Shown here: one piece after another, positions 63,760-64,000 of the stretch | How the letters are laid out: each line of letters opens with the position of its first letter | Numbering within the stretch: the first letter of the stretch is position 1 | Assembly (NCBI GenBank): GCA_051362555.1 | Contig: CM120648.1 | Coordinates: 3,902,587 to 3,966,586 of the forward strand | Origin: Lingula anatina | Taxonomy: Eukaryota; Animalia; Brachiopoda | Direction: 5' to 3' | Length of the DNA: 64,000 bases | Notes under the pieces: generated by a model | What the model was told of the DNA's origin: nothing | Database searches by the model: none | Seen by the model: the letters and a program-made list of their open reading frames with translations, nothing else | Translations under genes and position numbers: made by a program

Positions 63760-64000
63760 ATATATGAATAAATAAATAAATAAATAAATAAGTGTATTTA
63801 TATATAACAATAAGTTTATTAGCAATTTGTTTTCACGGGAATGTTTATACTCTTCTGGAGGGCCTATCATTTTTATTTAGCACCCAGTTGCTCCAACCGG
63901 TGAAAAATTATACAATGAAAATTATTTTATAAATAAACTGACTTCTTCATCCAATCATTTTATATAAATAGCAAAAATTTTTTAAAAATTACAACCACTT

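Overview
AT-rich eukaryotic (invertebrate animal, probably lophotrochozoan; the taxon is inferred) genomic DNA with spliced genes. I assembled the exon structures by hand from GT/AG sites and reading-frame phase. Left to right: the 5' coding exons of mTOR (-) head-to-head with an intronless UBIAD1 (+); a ~8-10 kb tandem duplication carrying two secreted LamG+PAN/Apple genes whose differences are concentrated in short blocks; a 13-exon type-I membrane receptor with four C-type lectin domains separated by mucin-like stalks (+); a convergent GT7 glycosyltransferase, probably a beta-1,4-GalNAc-transferase (-); a 4-exon 70-aa secreted 8-Cys peptide gene absent from the ORF track; a stand-alone DZIP3-type HEPN ORF; and an orphan signal-peptide exon (-). 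The last intron of the glycosyltransferase holds a 7.57-kb composite transposon (5-bp TSD). Nested in it are a 1.9-kb palindrome of palindromes and a 604-bp element with a 9-bp TSD carrying a RecQ-helicase fragment (AcademH-like). Many MITEs, a dead Tc1 element and minisatellites fill the rest. No rRNA, tRNA or CRISPR was seen. No wholly new system is demonstrated; the best candidates are ranked in the findings.
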